This document shows, piece after piece, positions 39,701 to 54,700 of a stretch of DNA of 64,000 nt. The number at the start of each line of letters is the position of its first letter. The stretch's first letter is position 1. Position numbers and translations under genes: made by a program. Origin of the DNA: Lingula anatina (lineage: Eukaryota; Animalia; Brachiopoda). The DNA lies in contig CM120649.1 of the NCBI GenBank assembly GCA_051362555.1, positions 9,858,001 through 9,922,000 on the forward strand, given 5' to 3'. Below the pieces are notes generated by a model. It was not told the origin of the DNA and did not search any database. It worked only from the letters and a program-made list of their open reading frames with translations.

Positions 39701-42700
39701 TCAAAGCCGTCTTTCCATTTTGTTGAGCGAGTCATGACATACACTTCTGCCTGAAGGCCCGGGTTTTGAAGCGTGTTGTTTTGAACAAGATGATCTATGT
39801 AACCACTGATGGTAAGTGTAGCTGACGACGGAGGTCTTGCTGGCTGACGTCTGTTGGCGCCGGATGAATAGGTGTTGTAAATCATGATATTCCCTGTCAG
39901 TACAATGCTTGGTGAGTTACTCAGGCCGTATTTTGTTTTTTCCATATTCGTGTCGATGATATTCTTGTAACTATTACCTGATATATCATTGTTAACGAAA
40001 TGTATTACTTTTTCATATCCGCTGTACCTGATCATTGACCCAGAGCTGTAGCCATTACCCATGATTTCATTCCTTGATACGGTCATATTCAGAGTTCCAC
40101 CACTGATGTCGAGTATATTCCCTTTGTTGTCAGTTATTATGTTATTCGGGAACCGGATATCCACATCTTTGGGGTTGTCATCCCTGACAAAGTACTGTAA
40201 CAATGTGCCCCTGGTGCCGCTGATCTTACATCCGTCAATGGTTAGCTGTTCTCTACTGCCACGGTAATTGTAGATATAAATTCCATAGTCATTGGAATCT
40301 AAGGTTGTATTTTTGACCGTGATGGCAAATGACGGTAACAGTTCATTCACCAGTGGAACATGAGATACACTATATAACCTAACATCCATGAATCTGTAGT
40401 TTCCTACTATGACTGAGTCTTTTATATCAACACCAACTTGTCCCACATAGGGGTAGTCTAGATGTCTTCCGTCAGTCCGTATTCCATTAGTGGAGCCTTG
40501 GTGTTGGCCATAAACTACTGTATAGGATCCACTGATTAAAATATTCTCCAATTTAAGACTGGGTTTGTATGGCGGTAAATGGTCTGAAAAGTATATTCAT
40601 ACTATAAGAACTGTACCATTACTCATTCAAAGCGTTTTTATCCTTCATATATGACCCCTTTGCCAAAACGTGTCTTTGAGAATACCAAATTTCAGACATC
40701 ATGCAGTAATAATCTGCCGGACTGTTACTGATTGAAAGACGCAAGTCATGCAAAGATAACAGAGAACAGCGTTTCTGAGAAAATGACTGACAAAAATCAT
40801 ATCCAGCTGACATCTGATTTTAGAATACAACAGAACTGACATTCTGACATAAAATTGGTTGCAGCACTCCGAGTGGGCGGTAGACTTTTTAGCCTTAAAG
40901 TTTTAAAATTTGTTTAAATAAGCATAAGGGATTTATCTCTATTATTTATATCTATCAGTATTTTCATTATAAACTATAAATTACTGCATTCATTTCACTA
41001 CGCCGTCTTGTATTTCTTTAATGCTTCATAGGTTGCTGAATTCCATAACTTCATTTATTTCAGTTTAATTTGTAGTACTTACCTTCCACCGCCATGACTA
41101 CAGCGTAAATATACACACTGCACCCACTGCATCTTTTTCTCCAAGCCTTGAGAAACTGTACAGTGTTAGTAGAGGTGGTGAAAACAGAATCCGTCGAGTT
41201 CAGACCTACTGTCCAGTTTTTTACTGTATCCGTCAAAAGCAACTGATAATCAAGATAATTTGAGTAGATAATAAAAACACGCAGTTTGAGACCCGGTCTG
41301 GTTGTAAAGGTACCACATGGTCCATGTAAATAACTAACAAACGGCAGCATGTCACCTTCATTGGCCAGATGTGACGTCCCGCAGTCGTGTTTGTAGGGCG
41401 TGAAGTATGTTGTTGTAGTCCAACTGAGTGAAGATTGCAATAATACAGCATGTGAACTAATATCTTTCATGCTGGAATCCCTTAGAAATGCACTCAACGT
41501 ATATGTTTCAAAAGCGTTGTTATCAATGTCTGCCATCACCATGTTAGACATACTCCGTTCCGTCCCGTCAACGTAGAGTTGTCGGATGCCTCCTCCAGAT
41601 GTGAGAATAGCCACATTGCTAATGTTGTGTCGGTTAAAGTCCACCTGTAGAGAAGGACCTTTGCTGCTTGACCCGGAGTCAAGGTATCCAGCAAACTGCA
41701 GTACTGCATGTTTTATAGAGCTGGAACGAGCTGTCATACCTAATCGTATGCCGGCCCACGTTGAGTCCCGTGAATGTTTGGCGCAAACAACTCTGAAGAA
41801 CGAAGCACATTTGTATCTTTGCATGCCCGTAGAGCAGTTATCTTCAAAGTTCGATTCATTTCGAGCGCAATGGAGTTGTAATCCCATCTTTGCCGTATCA
41901 GTAATCGTGTCTATACGACCAAAAAAAGTGTAACCAAGTCGCTTGCATTCTTCTGCTAACCATGCGTTTAGCATTGGTCCTCTAATTGAAGAATCGTAAC
42001 AAACTGGTAGTGTGCGTCCGTTTTCTTTACCGTAAAGTCGCCCGTAAAAAGTGTTAATATCATACCGATAAGGCTCCCGATACAACACAAACAGACCGGA
42101 ATCTGCAGCTGGACATGTCATGTTTTTTGTTATAGCAGATTTTCCCTTAGCGGTAAAGATACACCTCTTACTTGCAGTCCCACTGACATTCAGTCTTCCC
42201 TCAACGTACATCCCCACAGAATCCTCAAACTCTAGAGCTACCCCTGGTTCTATGGTAAGGGTGGCGTTGGCTGTCACGTTCAAGTCACGTGTTACCGTGT
42301 ACGGTCTATCAGTGTCATTAAGAGTAAGGTCGGTCTTAATGCGGCCACCGAGTGTGTAAGGAGGTGGTGTTGGATCCACGTCTGAGGACAAACTGGAGAG
42401 ATCCGACGTGATATAGAAAGGTGTGTATAGAAATTCGGTTCTCAAAGTATAGAGCTTCGTATTGTCAAGAATTCCCGAATAAACAGCGAATGGATCTGAT
42501 GTTCCCCAGTAATTTCGGGACACATCTAGTTTTCGTAAGACGGAGTTCTCATGCCAAGTTGCCAGTTGATATTCAACAGACGGGTTTTCGAAAATGTTGC
42601 TTGTAAATGTGAAAACAGTAACAAAGTTTTTGACTATCAGGCTGGCTCCGACCTGATGCCGTTTGTATATATTTCTCACATTGTTGTCTCTAAACGTATT

Positions 42701-45700
42701 TCCAGTCATGAACAAACTTGAGGCAGAAACACAGAGAACGCACTGGGACACATCATTATCAAATAACGTGTTGTTGAGTATTTCTGTGCTCACACCGGTT
42801 TCTATTAAAAAGGCTGCAGTCCCATTTGATTCATAAACAACATTTTCCATCACCTGGACGTTTCTGAGTCTGTGTGTATTACATCTGTAACTTGTACCCA
42901 ACCTAATGGCAGTTGTACTTTGATTTTTGAAGACATTGCCAAACACTATGATGTCTGTTAGGGCACACTCTCTGGCATGTGGCATCCATATACCGAAACT
43001 GCTGTCTAGCAGGGTGTTATTTTGAAAAACGAACCTGACGTTGTTTGATAATATCCATACTGAGGCCGAGCCAACAGACAAAGCGTAGTTAGAGGAGTCA
43101 TTAAACTCATTCTTGTCCACGGTAACATTCCTCTGGATATGTTCAAAGTACATATGGATGCTGTTATCCATAAAGACGCTGTCCTGAAGCACAATAGTAC
43201 CAGACCCTTTCCCCACGTACAGGCCTGTCTCTGAGGAATGTGCGACACGAGCCTCTGAGATGAGAAGATGATGCAGTTGAGATTCAATGAGAATACCATT
43301 GGCTGCTTTCCTGATGTCCACGCTATGAACTGATAACCCAACTTGATCTGAATGAGCTGAAAAGGCACACACACACACACAGCTATTGCATACATTATTT
43401 TCGTATTACATTGTTTTTTAATGACCCTCTACCTTCGCTGGTTTCATTGATTTAAAACTTGTTATGACTGAAGCTGAAAATGTATACCATGTTCCCATTG
43501 ACAGAGGCATAGTTACTGGTATAGGAATGCTATAGTGTAAATAATGCCATATGTACGTTGGTCTAAATCGTCCACTGTCATTTCCCTTCTTTAAAATGAT
43601 ATGGGTTTTAATCTTTGCTGCAAAGTTCCATAAAATTAGGCTTACAAAAAGTGTTCGCAAATACAGGTTCACTCACCTGCAACCGACTGGATTGAAAACA
43701 TTCCTTGGTACCGTTCCCAAAAATTAATATTCAGTCTTGAGAATGACAACAAGACTGACCCGCCAGTTGTGTAGAGAGGAGACGGCATGGTTACCTCATC
43801 ACCATACATATGCACTCTCTCAAGTCGCTCGTGGTTTGTACTGTTTCCGTCATATATATCCAGAATGTTAACATTTCCACGCCAACTTGTCCTTATATAT
43901 AGTATGCGCACTGCCAAGATCTGCGCTGAGCTTCGGCTCCAAAACACCTACAAAATGACGATATAATACGATATAAATCTTTGACGTTGCGTTTGTCTAT
44001 CCCCTAGCACGATGTCTCATACAAAGCGTCTTTACTCAATCATTGTCGGACAAAAACCTCAACGTTGTTACCTACAAAAAGATAGTAGAAGTAAATACAA
44101 TTTGCTGGGCACTATCTAACAGTGACTATACAGCTGATTTATACCATACTTGTTGGTGATAAGGAAATGCTCTGCTCAATGCATCAATCCTCTTAATTAC
44201 TCTAAATCCCTAAAGCCGGCGTAGTTTGCAATGATGAAAGGTTTTCAAGTCCACAGCAATGTCTGGCACTTTGGGTTAACGAATGAATTTACTGCCCTAG
44301 TAGAAAAGTCTCAAGAAAGAGCTCTTAAGACAATTTATCCTGATCTTGAATATGACGCTGCTTGTGAACATAGTAAACTTGAACTACTGAGTGACAGACG
44401 GCTCAATGCATGCAAAAAATTGTTTATCAGTATTTCAAATGAACCTGATCATAGACTGCATTATCTTTTACAACCAAAACAAAATGTCAAATATTCATTA
44501 AGGGAACAGGAAGCATTCAAAAAACCTAAAATTAAAACCAAACGATCAATGAGTGACTTTTTAACAAGTGCCATATACAAGTTTCAGAATTAACTGATAG
44601 ACTTTTATTTCTTTTTTAAACCTTGCATTTTAGATATAGTGTTTTAAATGTGTTTACATATGTGTTTTAATATTCCTTTATTCTTATATACTTACTAATG
44701 GTTTTATTCAACTATGACGCAATGATTGTAATTATCCAACCCTCGGGTTGCAAGTTTGGTAATAATAATAATAAATAAAACATTTAATGAAAGAACATGG
44801 ACTTGAAAATAAGGAAGACTTCATTTCCTTCTTAAAAATAAACCAGCAATGTTTCGTGAATTTTTTAACAGACTACACCCTCGCCTAACGAAACCAGTGC
44901 TGTAATAAGAACATAAATTTGAATATGTTTTAATCCTTATTAATCTTATAATACCCTTTAATATTTTCTTGTTCAAATACTTAATCTCTCTGAGGTTGCA
45001 AGGCCTGTTTGGTTACGGTCACACTAAACGAATCTTTGCAAATTGCAACTGTTACCGGTGGCAAAAAGGTCGGCGACTGGTTGCAACAAATAAACATTGG
45101 GTTAATATCCGGTTGCGCCGGTTTGCGGTGCAGCACCGATAACCTCCTGGCGACCGAAAAACCTACTTGCGGTATCCAATTCATGTATTTGTTTCATTGT
45201 TTACACAGATAATGTAGCTTTGCCAATTTTAAATGACATACAGCGATAAAACATTGAGGTTATCGGTATTTTACCTATGATTTTTACAAAATGAAAGAAT
45301 AAATTAAACTTAGCGTCAAAAAAACGTGCATTAATTTTTAGCCTCACATTTATTTTATTTTTTGTTTCGTAAGTTTGAAATGCGTGGTATATGAAAGCCT
45401 TGGCAATTAGTGTAAAATCTTGCCAAAAATGCAATTTATGTTTTCTTTTTCTAAAATATTATAATTTATTATCTTGATATTTAAAAGGCATACATGCCAA
45501 ATTATGGAAAAAATCTTTGCCCAAATAGACCACTATCCTACGCCTTTTTTATTGCAGTCGCTTGCTACCTTCCCGTGACATATTTTCGAATGCCTGCGAC
45601 CGGTAAAAAACCTGTTAGCGACCAAGCCACTGGAGGCCGTCAATAGACGATGCAGTTACAGCTGCCACCTTCTAGCGACCTGTTGCCGACTACTTGTGAC

Positions 45701-48700
45701 TGGTAAAAAAAACTTGTAAGCCACAAGACGACTAAATACTGTCAATCGGCCGTGCAGTTGCAAATCGTATGCTCTTGGTTATAGCAACCTACTGACCACC
45801 AAGAAGAGGACGATAGGAAAACTTAAGGATACCGATATTTTTCATCTTTAGTCGCACTGGTTGTCGTTGCACAAAAAAAAGTCCTTCATGTGTCTTCGAT
45901 CGCAGGCAACCTGTTAGCAACCTTATGCGACCACTTTAAAAACTATGGCAACTCCTTGCGACTGAGGTTGCAAAGAGGTTGCCCAAAAGTTGCACGCACA
46001 GGGTGACACAGTCTTTAGATTACCTTTTTTGTCTTGCTGACGTTTGTTTTGCCTTTGTCCAAGATAACTTTGTACAAAAAAACCACATCCAAGCACAGGC
46101 TGCATGCGCTACATCTGAACTCAATCGAAAACTATTTAATAATATCCCTTTAGTTTTAACAAGGTTTACTTTCGTCTTCCAACGTACAAAGAGTGTTTAA
46201 CGATTTTTTTTTTTTTTTTTTTTTTTTTTTGTAAATTACGGACAATGCACAGTTTACTGAATCGCATAGAAAAGCGAGCAGATTTCGTAATATGCTGGGC
46301 CCAGTTTTATAATGGACGTTTAGCACTAACCAGTGGATAAGTCTTACCAGTGGATAAATTCTCCTAACACCCATTAACTTGTTTCATAAACAGTGTTCAA
46401 ACAGCCAAATTGTGTTTCATAAACAGTGTTCAAACAACTAACGGACTGTTTAAACACTGTTTATGAAACACAATTTCATCCATCGTTTAGTTAGCGGGGT
46501 TTATAGTCTAAGAAAAAATGGTTTAACCCGGGACTAATTGCAAAAAAATTGTAGTATGGTTTTTTTGAGTCTTTGAGTGGTCCATATGATCATATTAAAA
46601 ATCTAGAAAAATCCAAGTAGTGGAAAAGGTATTTTTTGGGGAAAATCAAAAATGGCCGCCAGCACAGAGATCTACAGTTAGTAGGTGCAAATTTGCTCCA
46701 CCTGGTTTCAACAAAAGCTTGTTAAAATGGTACAAAATCCATAAAGGGATGTTGTGCCACTTCTCTCCAATTAAATCAAATGCAGATAGCCTCAGCAAAA
46801 TACAAAATGGCCGCCAAAACTAAAATGGCGGCTACAAATTACCAAATTTGAAGTTAAAAATTGAATAAAAAATAAGCTCAAAAGTACATTTATGGTCTTT
46901 TACCACTTTCTGTTGTTGTACTAGATTGGCCAGGACATAAAGACTTAAATAAAATGATTTTAAAGGAACTCTTTATCCAATTCATGCACCAAGATAAACT
47001 TGCCTGAAGTAAACAACATCATTTCCTACTTAAAATGTATTGCCATCCTGTCCCTACACTTAGTTCAATGTCTTATTCCATTTGAATCTTAGTTAAAAAT
47101 AACTGACCAGTCAATTAGTGCCTAACTGTCTTCACCAGGGATGACCTAGATTTCACTTCAAAAACAAGAAAATGACATTGCGAGCAATTATGGCTTTGGG
47201 ACAAGGCTCAGAAGATTATGATCATATGATGTGCGCTTCAGATAAACTTTCATTATTTAAATGAAATATGGAGGTCTGCATCACCTGAAACTTGGATTAC
47301 TTTAACTGCAACACCTCCCAACTTCTCACCAAGGAAATAAATGAACCTGTTTGTTTTATTTGTTGGTAAGAATTTTTTTCTTTTCCACTCTACAGCTTCG
47401 TCTCATCTGTGAAGACAATAGCTGTGCTCATACTGTTAATTGGATCTAACTAGGTGTGCAGAACCATAGCTTAGTAGAGGGGACATCCAAGATGATCCCT
47501 TTATAATGCTACACTATAGCTCTCCTATATCTCCCTGGTGTGTGATGAAGAAGCGCCACACCATCTAAAATGTACTGGACCTCACCTTCACTTTCAAACC
47601 CATCTGACTATATTGCCTGTTCTAGCAAAGAGGAAATGTCCATAAATTGTACCCTGAACCTTGCAGTTCCTTGACTTTTCAAAGTGGTTTTCTCAACAGC
47701 CAGTTGCTGGTCTGTCTTTGTCAAAAATTCACTCTCTCCCACATGTGATGTTACCATGGTCCAAAGAATGGAGATCTGGTTGTCGGCTCTGTCTCCATCA
47801 ATTGGAAATCACCCAGACAATGCATGCATGTACCTTCAATGTCATCTGTGCACTGTGTTTCACTGTGCTGTGCTTCTTGTTTTGAGCAACAGTGGCTGGC
47901 ACATTATACCGCAAAAGCTTGAAGATGAGAAGTGCAATGAGGGATAGATCAAGTAATAGCTGGACCCTCATTGCCCTAGCCAGAGCATTCCCTGGGAATC
48001 ATGTGACTTACTGTATTGACAGCAAATATAGTTTCAAGAAGTTCTCAAAGTCCTGATCCTGTCATGGGTTGACATATGCACTAAAGGTAGCTCATCTCTG
48101 TGTGGAAGCCAACAAGCCTTGCAACTGGAGATGGTAGTATATTGGATTCTTGTTCAGTAGTCTGGTCCTTCCTCCACAGTGGTTGATTAAAGGTAATTAT
48201 TGGGGGTTGCTCTGAACTGTTGAACGCGTGAATAAATTAAATTCAATGTGGGGTAGATGCATGACAGTTCTTTCTGTAGATCTATATCTATCAGAGAAAG
48301 AGACATAACAGATGCTTTTGCTGGGTGATTCCCTCTAGTCACCATTTGCCCATGTAATCATTACATAGCTGTTTGGGCTGTGGCTGGAAAGCAGGTAAGG
48401 ACAGTTTCCAAAAAATGGTTTCTGATAAGATCTTATTCCTAGATATTGGGGTTTTCCATGTTGGTGAATGTGGCAACAAATACTCCAGGATTCTGTCCCT
48501 TGTGTGGCCCTGGAGCCCCTCTCATATCTTACTATTAGGAGTACGAGCAACAGAATCCATTCAATTAGGAATCTGTTTCCAAAAAGTTTATGCAGTTGGA
48601 CACTCAAACCTATTTGGACAGGCCAGCAGTACATTTGGCCTGGCTGATTATATGATTACTTGTCCAATTGATGCAACATTTCAGTCTGTCTTAGACTGGG

Positions 48701-51700
48701 TTCCCATAGATTTAGATCAATCTATCCGGATCGACCTAACTCCTTGGGGGTTCATGCTAAATTGCTGTCAGGTTCCGAGAGCCGAGCGCGCACAAAAGTT
48801 AATTACCCCCTAACAGCTTTTAGTAGGCAGGACAGACATTTAAGTTGGTCAGGCTGACAACAATCTAGTGAGACTACCCACGGGGATAGATTGATCTAAA
48901 AATCTATAGGCATGTACTCTTCGAAAAAAGACTCATATTGTGTTTGGTGCCACTTTTAACTGTACAACTTTTTACCTCCATTACTTATTCATCAATATAT
49001 TAAGAAAGGGGGGTAAAGACACAATCTTGAGTGGAATATTTACTGAAGACAGCCTTATGAATTATCTTGCTGACAGCCATATTGGAAAATACTTAGAACA
49101 GGTACATAGATGGGTATAATAAATAAATAAATTAAAAAAAACAAGTGTTTTTCATATATCATATATTTATGATATTAGCAAAGAATTATTTGTTCCCGGC
49201 CAGAATGAAAAGAAGTCTTATCCTTATTTGTCTAATTTTTCACACTTAGACTCATATTTATCCTAAAGAGCCATATTTGAAGCCAAATCTCACAGAGTTG
49301 TTGTGAATGAAATAATGATTATATTTAACACCCAAACAAATTCAATTGCCTTCAAAAACAAGGCAAAAACATAACTTGCAATTTTAGGCAACACTTTAGG
49401 GAAAATCTGTACAAATGGTCTTTGCCTGAACTTTGACTCAAGCCAGTGACCTTTAGTGAATAATTCCTATTAAATAAGCTTTTTTCAGTGAATATGTCAT
49501 TTTCTTTAACTTTGTGTGTATTTCGAGGTTTTACTTCCATTTATTTCTAGCACAATACTATCTAAATTAAACAACACCATTTACTTACAGTGACGCAATA
49601 TAATGGCGGCCATCTTGGAAAAGCTGCCTTAAAAACCTTTTTTCACTACTTAGATTTTTCTAGATTTTTATTATGTTTAATTTTGGATATTAAGCTTTCT
49701 GAAATACCTCATTACATTTTTTGAAATAAGTCCCTACTGAAAAAAAAACGTTCAAAAAATTATGTCTTATAAAACCTTATGAATGCACTTACTGACCGCC
49801 ATATTGAAAAAATGCATTGAACCGGAACGTAAATGGGTGTAAGAAGAACATGTAAAAAAAAACAAGTGTTTTCTATATATTATATGACATTTACATAGAA
49901 ATCTTTGTCCTCAGAATGAAAAGAAGTCAATATTAATTACCTACCCAGCCACTTATACATAATTTTTATCCATCTGATTTTTCACAATTTGTCTCATATT
50001 TCTCCTAAAAATACATATATTTTGCAGCCAAACGTCATAGATTTGTTGTGAGTGATGTAATAATTGTAATTAACACCAAAAGTTTCAATAACCAATCTTT
50101 AAAAACATTTATTGCAAACTTTTAGGCAAATTTTCATGTTAAAAATCTGTACAAATGACCTTTGCCTGACCTTTGACCCCAGGCCAGTGACCTTTGGTGA
50201 ATAATTCCTTTTAAGTAAGCTTATCTTTTCAACAAATTATTCTTTGTCGACAACTTTGTGTATATTTCAAGGATTAACCCCCATTCATCTTAGCAAAATA
50301 CCACCTAAATTAAAAGACACCATTTACTTACAGTGATGCAATATAATGGTGGCTATCTTGGGAAAGCTCCCTTAAAAACCCTTTTCCACTACTTAGATTT
50401 TTCTAGATTTTTATTATGTTTTAATTTGGATATAGAGCTTTCTAAAATACCTAATTACAATTTTTTGCAGTAAGTCCCTACTGAAAAAAAATGTTAAAAA
50501 AATTAAGTCTTATAAAACCTTAAGAATACCCTTGCTGGCGGCCATATTGGAAAAAAGGAATTGAGCCTGAACATAGATGGTTGTAATAAGAAAACGTAAA
50601 AAACAAATGTTTTCTATATATTATATGACATTAACATATAAATATTTGTCCCCAGAATGAAGAGAAGTCAACATTTAATACCTACCCTATACATTTATAC
50701 CGTACTAGGATTAAGAATGTGTACATTTACCCCGTGGACCATTTGAAGATTACACTGCGATTAATGCGGTGGAAAATACAATAGAGAGAGTGTATAATGA
50801 TAGGGTCGCTAAACGATTGTTGACGGCATATAGTAACTAGCCTAATCCCCTGGTCGCCTGGGTAGCCACGCCCCCTTAGAGTACTTAGGTAAAAAAAAAA
50901 CGGTCTCCCGTAGCGAACTATCCTTTTGTTCAACAGCTTCGCGCGTGCAGCTGATTATGTATGTGGTGACACTATAGCTAACTGCATATAAATTTGTGCT
51001 AGCTGTTATTTGATTCATTCTGCTGTGTCGGATGTTGTGGATCAGCCCATTGGTTCGTTGACTTATGTTTTTCTGAAGATTGGTGGTGCAGATTTTGAGT
51101 GCTTAATTATTTACCCTCCTTCTAACAAGAGAAAGGGGAAGGGAGATAAAAAGAGAGAGTGTCAAATGAAACGGGTAATGAGTATTACATTACATTAAAT
51201 AAAGGGACTCGCGGTGGAAGAAACGATAGACTGTTTTGCATCAAGGTCTGCCATTACCCCCTGTAGCCCTTTATACACTGTATAATGTCATCTTGACCGC
51301 GGATCCTCCTATTGGTTAACAGAAGGACTAACACTCACTGATGAAGCCTCTTTAAAAGACAACAAAGCCGAGAATTATGCGGAAAAAGAGAAACCATTTG
51401 TAACTTTAATTACATTGGTCCATTTTGGGTGGTTAAAGAGAACCTTGATCTCAAAAAACTGTAGTTATACATCCAGATAAAAATATTATAAGACTTAAAT
51501 GAATATTCATTCTTGTAACAAATGCAGGGGAACGTTCCTTTGTGAATTTAACGCCAACAATATGGTGAAGCTCATTAGGCATTTTCAAACATCACAGAAT
51601 GGCACATTTTACAGCCTAGCAAAGTTCGGAAATCATATAAAAACTTACTACTTAATATGAAATATTATGTTTGGCGGTTAAATTTTCTACAAATTATATT

Positions 51701-54700
51701 TTCTCTTATTGTTTTAAATGCAAAAATGAGGTGTCACTCCATGTGTAGCCAGGTGTGTTACCTAATTACCACACAACTCCCGAAACAATTGATGCATGCA
51801 TTGTATGTTCGGTGGTCAGAATTGTGAGGGGTGGTCTTTTCGGCAATTTCTGCCCTTGCATAAAAACGTATGGGTTTGGTCAATCTTTGGAGTGTATTAA
51901 GAGAAGCAACAAAGGGGTCGCTCTGAAACTTGACAGGTACCTTAGAGAAGATATGGTTCGACAGCTAAGCAACACAGCTTACTATGGGATTCTTGCTCTC
52001 AGAGAAAATGACCAGAAACGGACAGTCACTGCCAGGCAATTCAACATTTATCAGGGACCGTTAGTCAAGTCCTCCAAAGAAATGCTACAACAGGGGCACC
52101 TTCTCCAAACCTCGACAAGGGTGTCCGCGTATCACACCAAGAAGACAGGATCCCCTTCTTCTTGCCGTGCTGGTCGTACAAAGACAACCAGTGACCTCAG
52201 AAAAGAGTGGCAGAATGTCATTCAAACGCACGTTTCAAGGTCCCTCGTGAACAAGAGATTACTGCAAGCCGGTTATTTTGCACGGGGACCAGTAGAGAAA
52301 CCACTGTTAACAGCAATTCATATACAGCGACGTCTGCAATGGGCTGTGGACCACGTGCGTTTGCAGCCAAAACACTGGAATCACATCGTTTTCAGTGATG
52401 AGGCCTGATATGGATTTTTCAGGTTGACGGTCGAATCCGTGTCCGCCGACGTGTACGAGAGGCATAAAACGATGATCGTGTACTAAAGGGGGCAAGCAGA
52501 GGGTGGTAATGTCTCTGTTTGGGGAGCATTTCATGCCGGTGCGCAGAACCAGTTGGTATTTCTAGGAGGCAACCTCAATCAGGATTCCTACAGAGACATT
52601 CTACAGCAAACAATGCTTCGATTTGTAAGAGTCATCTTCAGGAACAACTTTGTGTACCAAGACCACTGCGCAACACCTCATCGAGCTCGCAGAATCACCA
52701 ATAGGTTCAGCAACTGCCCTGGTCTTCAAACTCCCCAGACATGAACCCAAGTGAAAACCTGTGGGCGAAGTAACTCACAGAATCAGTAGCTATGGCCATC
52801 GGCAGGTAAAAAGTGATGAAATGCGACAGGCAAATATCACTGCGTGGAATGATATCCCAATCCAAACTCTAAAACTCTTGTCACAGGGTATGCCATGTAG
52901 GATGAGGGCGCTGCAAGCGGCTGCTGAAGGTCATACCCGCTATTGATGACTTTTCATGATTTAATTGAGTTAAAATAAGGGTGACTTGACTTACCTGAGA
53001 GCACGACGTCTCTAACCCCAGGTGAAGGTCCGTACTGTCAAAGCTGACTATGAGCGGTTGTCCATCAGGAACCGTTGTTTCCGGCGTGAGGCACATCTTA
53101 TAGGAAGGAAGTGGTAGTGTCCGGTTGTAATATACGCCTGCTTTGTTGACATTAGATATCTGGACATTGTTCATTGCTAGATCACCACCAAAGCTTCTGA
53201 AGGAAACCCCGTTGCCCAAACTGGCCTCGATGTAACTATCATTGATTAACGCATGCCCAGCTATATCTCTAAGTAGAACGCCATTACCGATAACATTTGT
53301 TATATTGAGGTTTTCAAGCACAGGCGGGGTTCCAGAGACAGATATGGCTGCCGTATCGTTTGAGTGTGTCTCGATGTTAGGAAGACCGGCGAATTCAACG
53401 TCGACATATTGGAGATCACTTACTCCTGGTTCGGAGGAGTTAGTCACCAGCTGTATCCCAGACCAGTACTTGGCTGTTTCGTTGGCATCCCCGCGATATC
53501 CAGAGTAACCTGAACACTGCAGCCACACGTCTTGACTGTGAACTGAAAAACGACAGAATGTCATGCACGACATTTTAGAAAATGTTAACGAAAACAAAAA
53601 AAATCATGTCTGCACGTCCGCGATACAGGGTAACAACATCGGGACATGGGCAACATGGCGCCGATCTTGTGAGCATGCTTTCCGCTTAGAATATGCATTG
53701 TATATTGTTTTATATTCATACATTTTTGACAATGTAACATTAATCACATACAAAATTATTAGGAAAGAGTGCACTAAACTTCAAAGAGTTGGGAAAGCAC
53801 GCTACGATCCTAAATCGGCTTTTTAACAGTGATGACATGAAACCATCTCTTGTGTGCACGCTTTCTGTTTATATAATATACATCGTACAGGGTATTTGCT
53901 TCATATTCATTAAGTGGGGAAAGTGTGACATTAAACACATAAAGAAATTATCAGGGAAGAGCACACTTAACTACACAGAGTTGAGAAAGCTCCCAGCTAT
54001 CCTGAATTGGCGGTTAAATAGCGATGGCATGAAGTCGTTTTTCGTGAGTTACACGCCAAAAAGTGGGGACCGAGTATAGCTAATTTAATTAGTCTTATTC
54101 AATATTCATGTGACCGGGTCATAACTTCATCAATGGATATCTCCTCTATTTACGCTAAGTCACTGGGCCGAATCTGAATGGGGAAATGAAACTACACGCT
54201 AACTGTGGTTTCGTTGCCGAACGAGTCTGGAGGATACGAAACAGGATTGGGTTATAACACCTGTGATTACACGCTCAGGTGACAGGATTCCTTACACAGT
54301 GTTGTTTAATGAAAAGCAGAGGGTATTTGAGGTATTTAAAATTCCGAAATTGAACGGTTTGTATAGTTCATGTCTATGGGAGATAATACTTTGTACTGAA
54401 GTTAAATACGGAAACGATAGTAACGCACAACAACCCGTTTTCTCCGCCCATCAAAATTTGCGACGAAGAGCAATTTTTGTTTTTCTTCTAATATGTGTGC
54501 CTTAAATGACCCCTGAAACGACCAAAAGACATGACAATGCTATTCTGAGAGCTTTCTTTTTCATAATATAAGCCTGCAAAACAGACTGGTATGCCGGTGT
54601 CCCATATTTAAGCGCTGTCATTTTCGGCTAAGAATTAAGAAGTTTTAAATACACAGCAATGTTTGGAAATATAAAATTGTTTGTTGTATACCCTTGCACC

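Noticed and set aside
37828-42606. Plus-strand ORFs overlapping the large exons (also 796-1191, 53242-53508)
   Set aside because: Antisense shadows of the real coding exons with no recognisable motifs
51335-51400. CTGATGA motif suggesting a hammerhead ribozyme (Penelope-type)
   Set aside because: I could not find a properly placed GAAA with closing stems; a covariance search would be needed
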